A stretch of DNA of 64,000 bases from NCBI GenBank assembly GCA_965205425.1, contig CBDBGZ010000005.1:168670-232669 (forward strand). Direction: 5' to 3'. The notes beneath the pieces were generated by a model that saw only the letters and a list, made by a program, of their open reading frames with translations, was not told where the DNA came from and searched no databases. Below are positions 63,269 through 64,000 of the stretch, piece after piece. A program made the position numbers and the translations under genes. This DNA is from Nitrosopumilus sp. Its GTDB lineage: Archaea > Thermoproteota > Nitrososphaeria > Nitrososphaerales > Nitrosopumilaceae. How positions within the stretch are numbered: the stretch's first letter is position 1; the number at the start of each line of letters is the position of its first letter.

Positions 63269-64000
63269 GCTGTGTTTCCCAACATGACTAGTTGATCCAA
63301 TTAATTTCATCACCCAAGCTTTAGATCAGAATATTCTGTATTATTCCATGAACAGAAACTGGAAAAATTACAACAAAACACTAGTTAGACGTGGAGAAAT
63401 CATGTTGTCCTTTGACGCAATGGAATCATGGAGTATGGAACTAAAAGAGATGAATCACAAAAAGGAAGGTCATCGATTTGTCTATCCTGAATCCTTCATG
63501 GAGGCACTAGGATACTGTCATCTCTATTTGCATCTTCCATTCAGACAAACAGAAGGTCTGATAAAATCACACCTCCAATCCAAAACAAAGACTCCCACAT
63601 ATTCTGCCATTTGGAAACGTGTCAACAAACTTGACATCAAGATGAATCCAAAACTAGGAAAAGACATTGTCATTGCAATAGACTCAACTGGAATCAAGGT
63701 TGCAAACAGAGGTGAGTGGATGAGACAGAAATGGCAGAAGAGAAGAGGATTTCTTAAAATTCATGTGGCAGTAGATGTGAAATCTAAACAGATCACAGGG
63801 ATTGATATTACAGATGACAAGTCACATGATTCAAAACATTTCATATCGCTAGTTGAGCAATCAAAACAGTTTGGCAATGTCACTAAAACTTTGGCTGATG
63901 GTGCATATGATACAAAGGATAATTTTTCATATCTGTATTATGATAATGATATTCTACCTGCAATTAAAACAAGAAAAAACTCATCAGTTGTAACTGATTG
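63269..64000 (+). mobile_element. IS5-family (IS903 group) IS, truncated by the window end
   Basis: ORF from ATG 63348: NWKNYNKTLVRRG, PFRQTEG, IDSTGIKV...GEW, KIHVAVD, ADGAYD; left boundary approximate. Confidence 0.85.

Overview
AT-rich chromosomal segment of an ammonia-oxidising archaeon (Nitrosopumilaceae-like, inferred from TFB, PolB, rps26e, archaeal ThrS, the methylmalonyl-CoA mutase/MeaB/epimerase cluster, PPDK, parvulin and typical small thaumarchaeal ORFs). About a quarter of the window is mobile DNA: 14 IS copies from 9 element types (ISH3 x3, IS5 x2, IS481, IS1595, IS110 x2, IS66, two IS630 types x1 and x2, IS903-group partial) plus three ~131-bp IS630-related MITEs, with nested insertions and several pseudogenes. 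The most interesting signals are: (1) an archaeal IS110 with a ~200-nt structured non-coding region downstream of the recombinase (candidate bridge/seek RNA), a shared AAATTATTA target, and a TATA box placed so that it would drive the recombinase only after circularisation; (2) the two IS110 copies appear to have swapped flanks, suggesting the 18.4-kb segment between them integrated as a circle; (3) a membrane protein with two tandem D-x3-H-x12-H motifs matching the AmoC/PmoC metal-site spacing; (4) a +1 frameshift conserved in all three ISH3 copies; (5) several candidate structured ncRNAs. No rRNA, tRNA or CRISPR array was seen. All family assignments come from motif recognition by eye; no database search was run.
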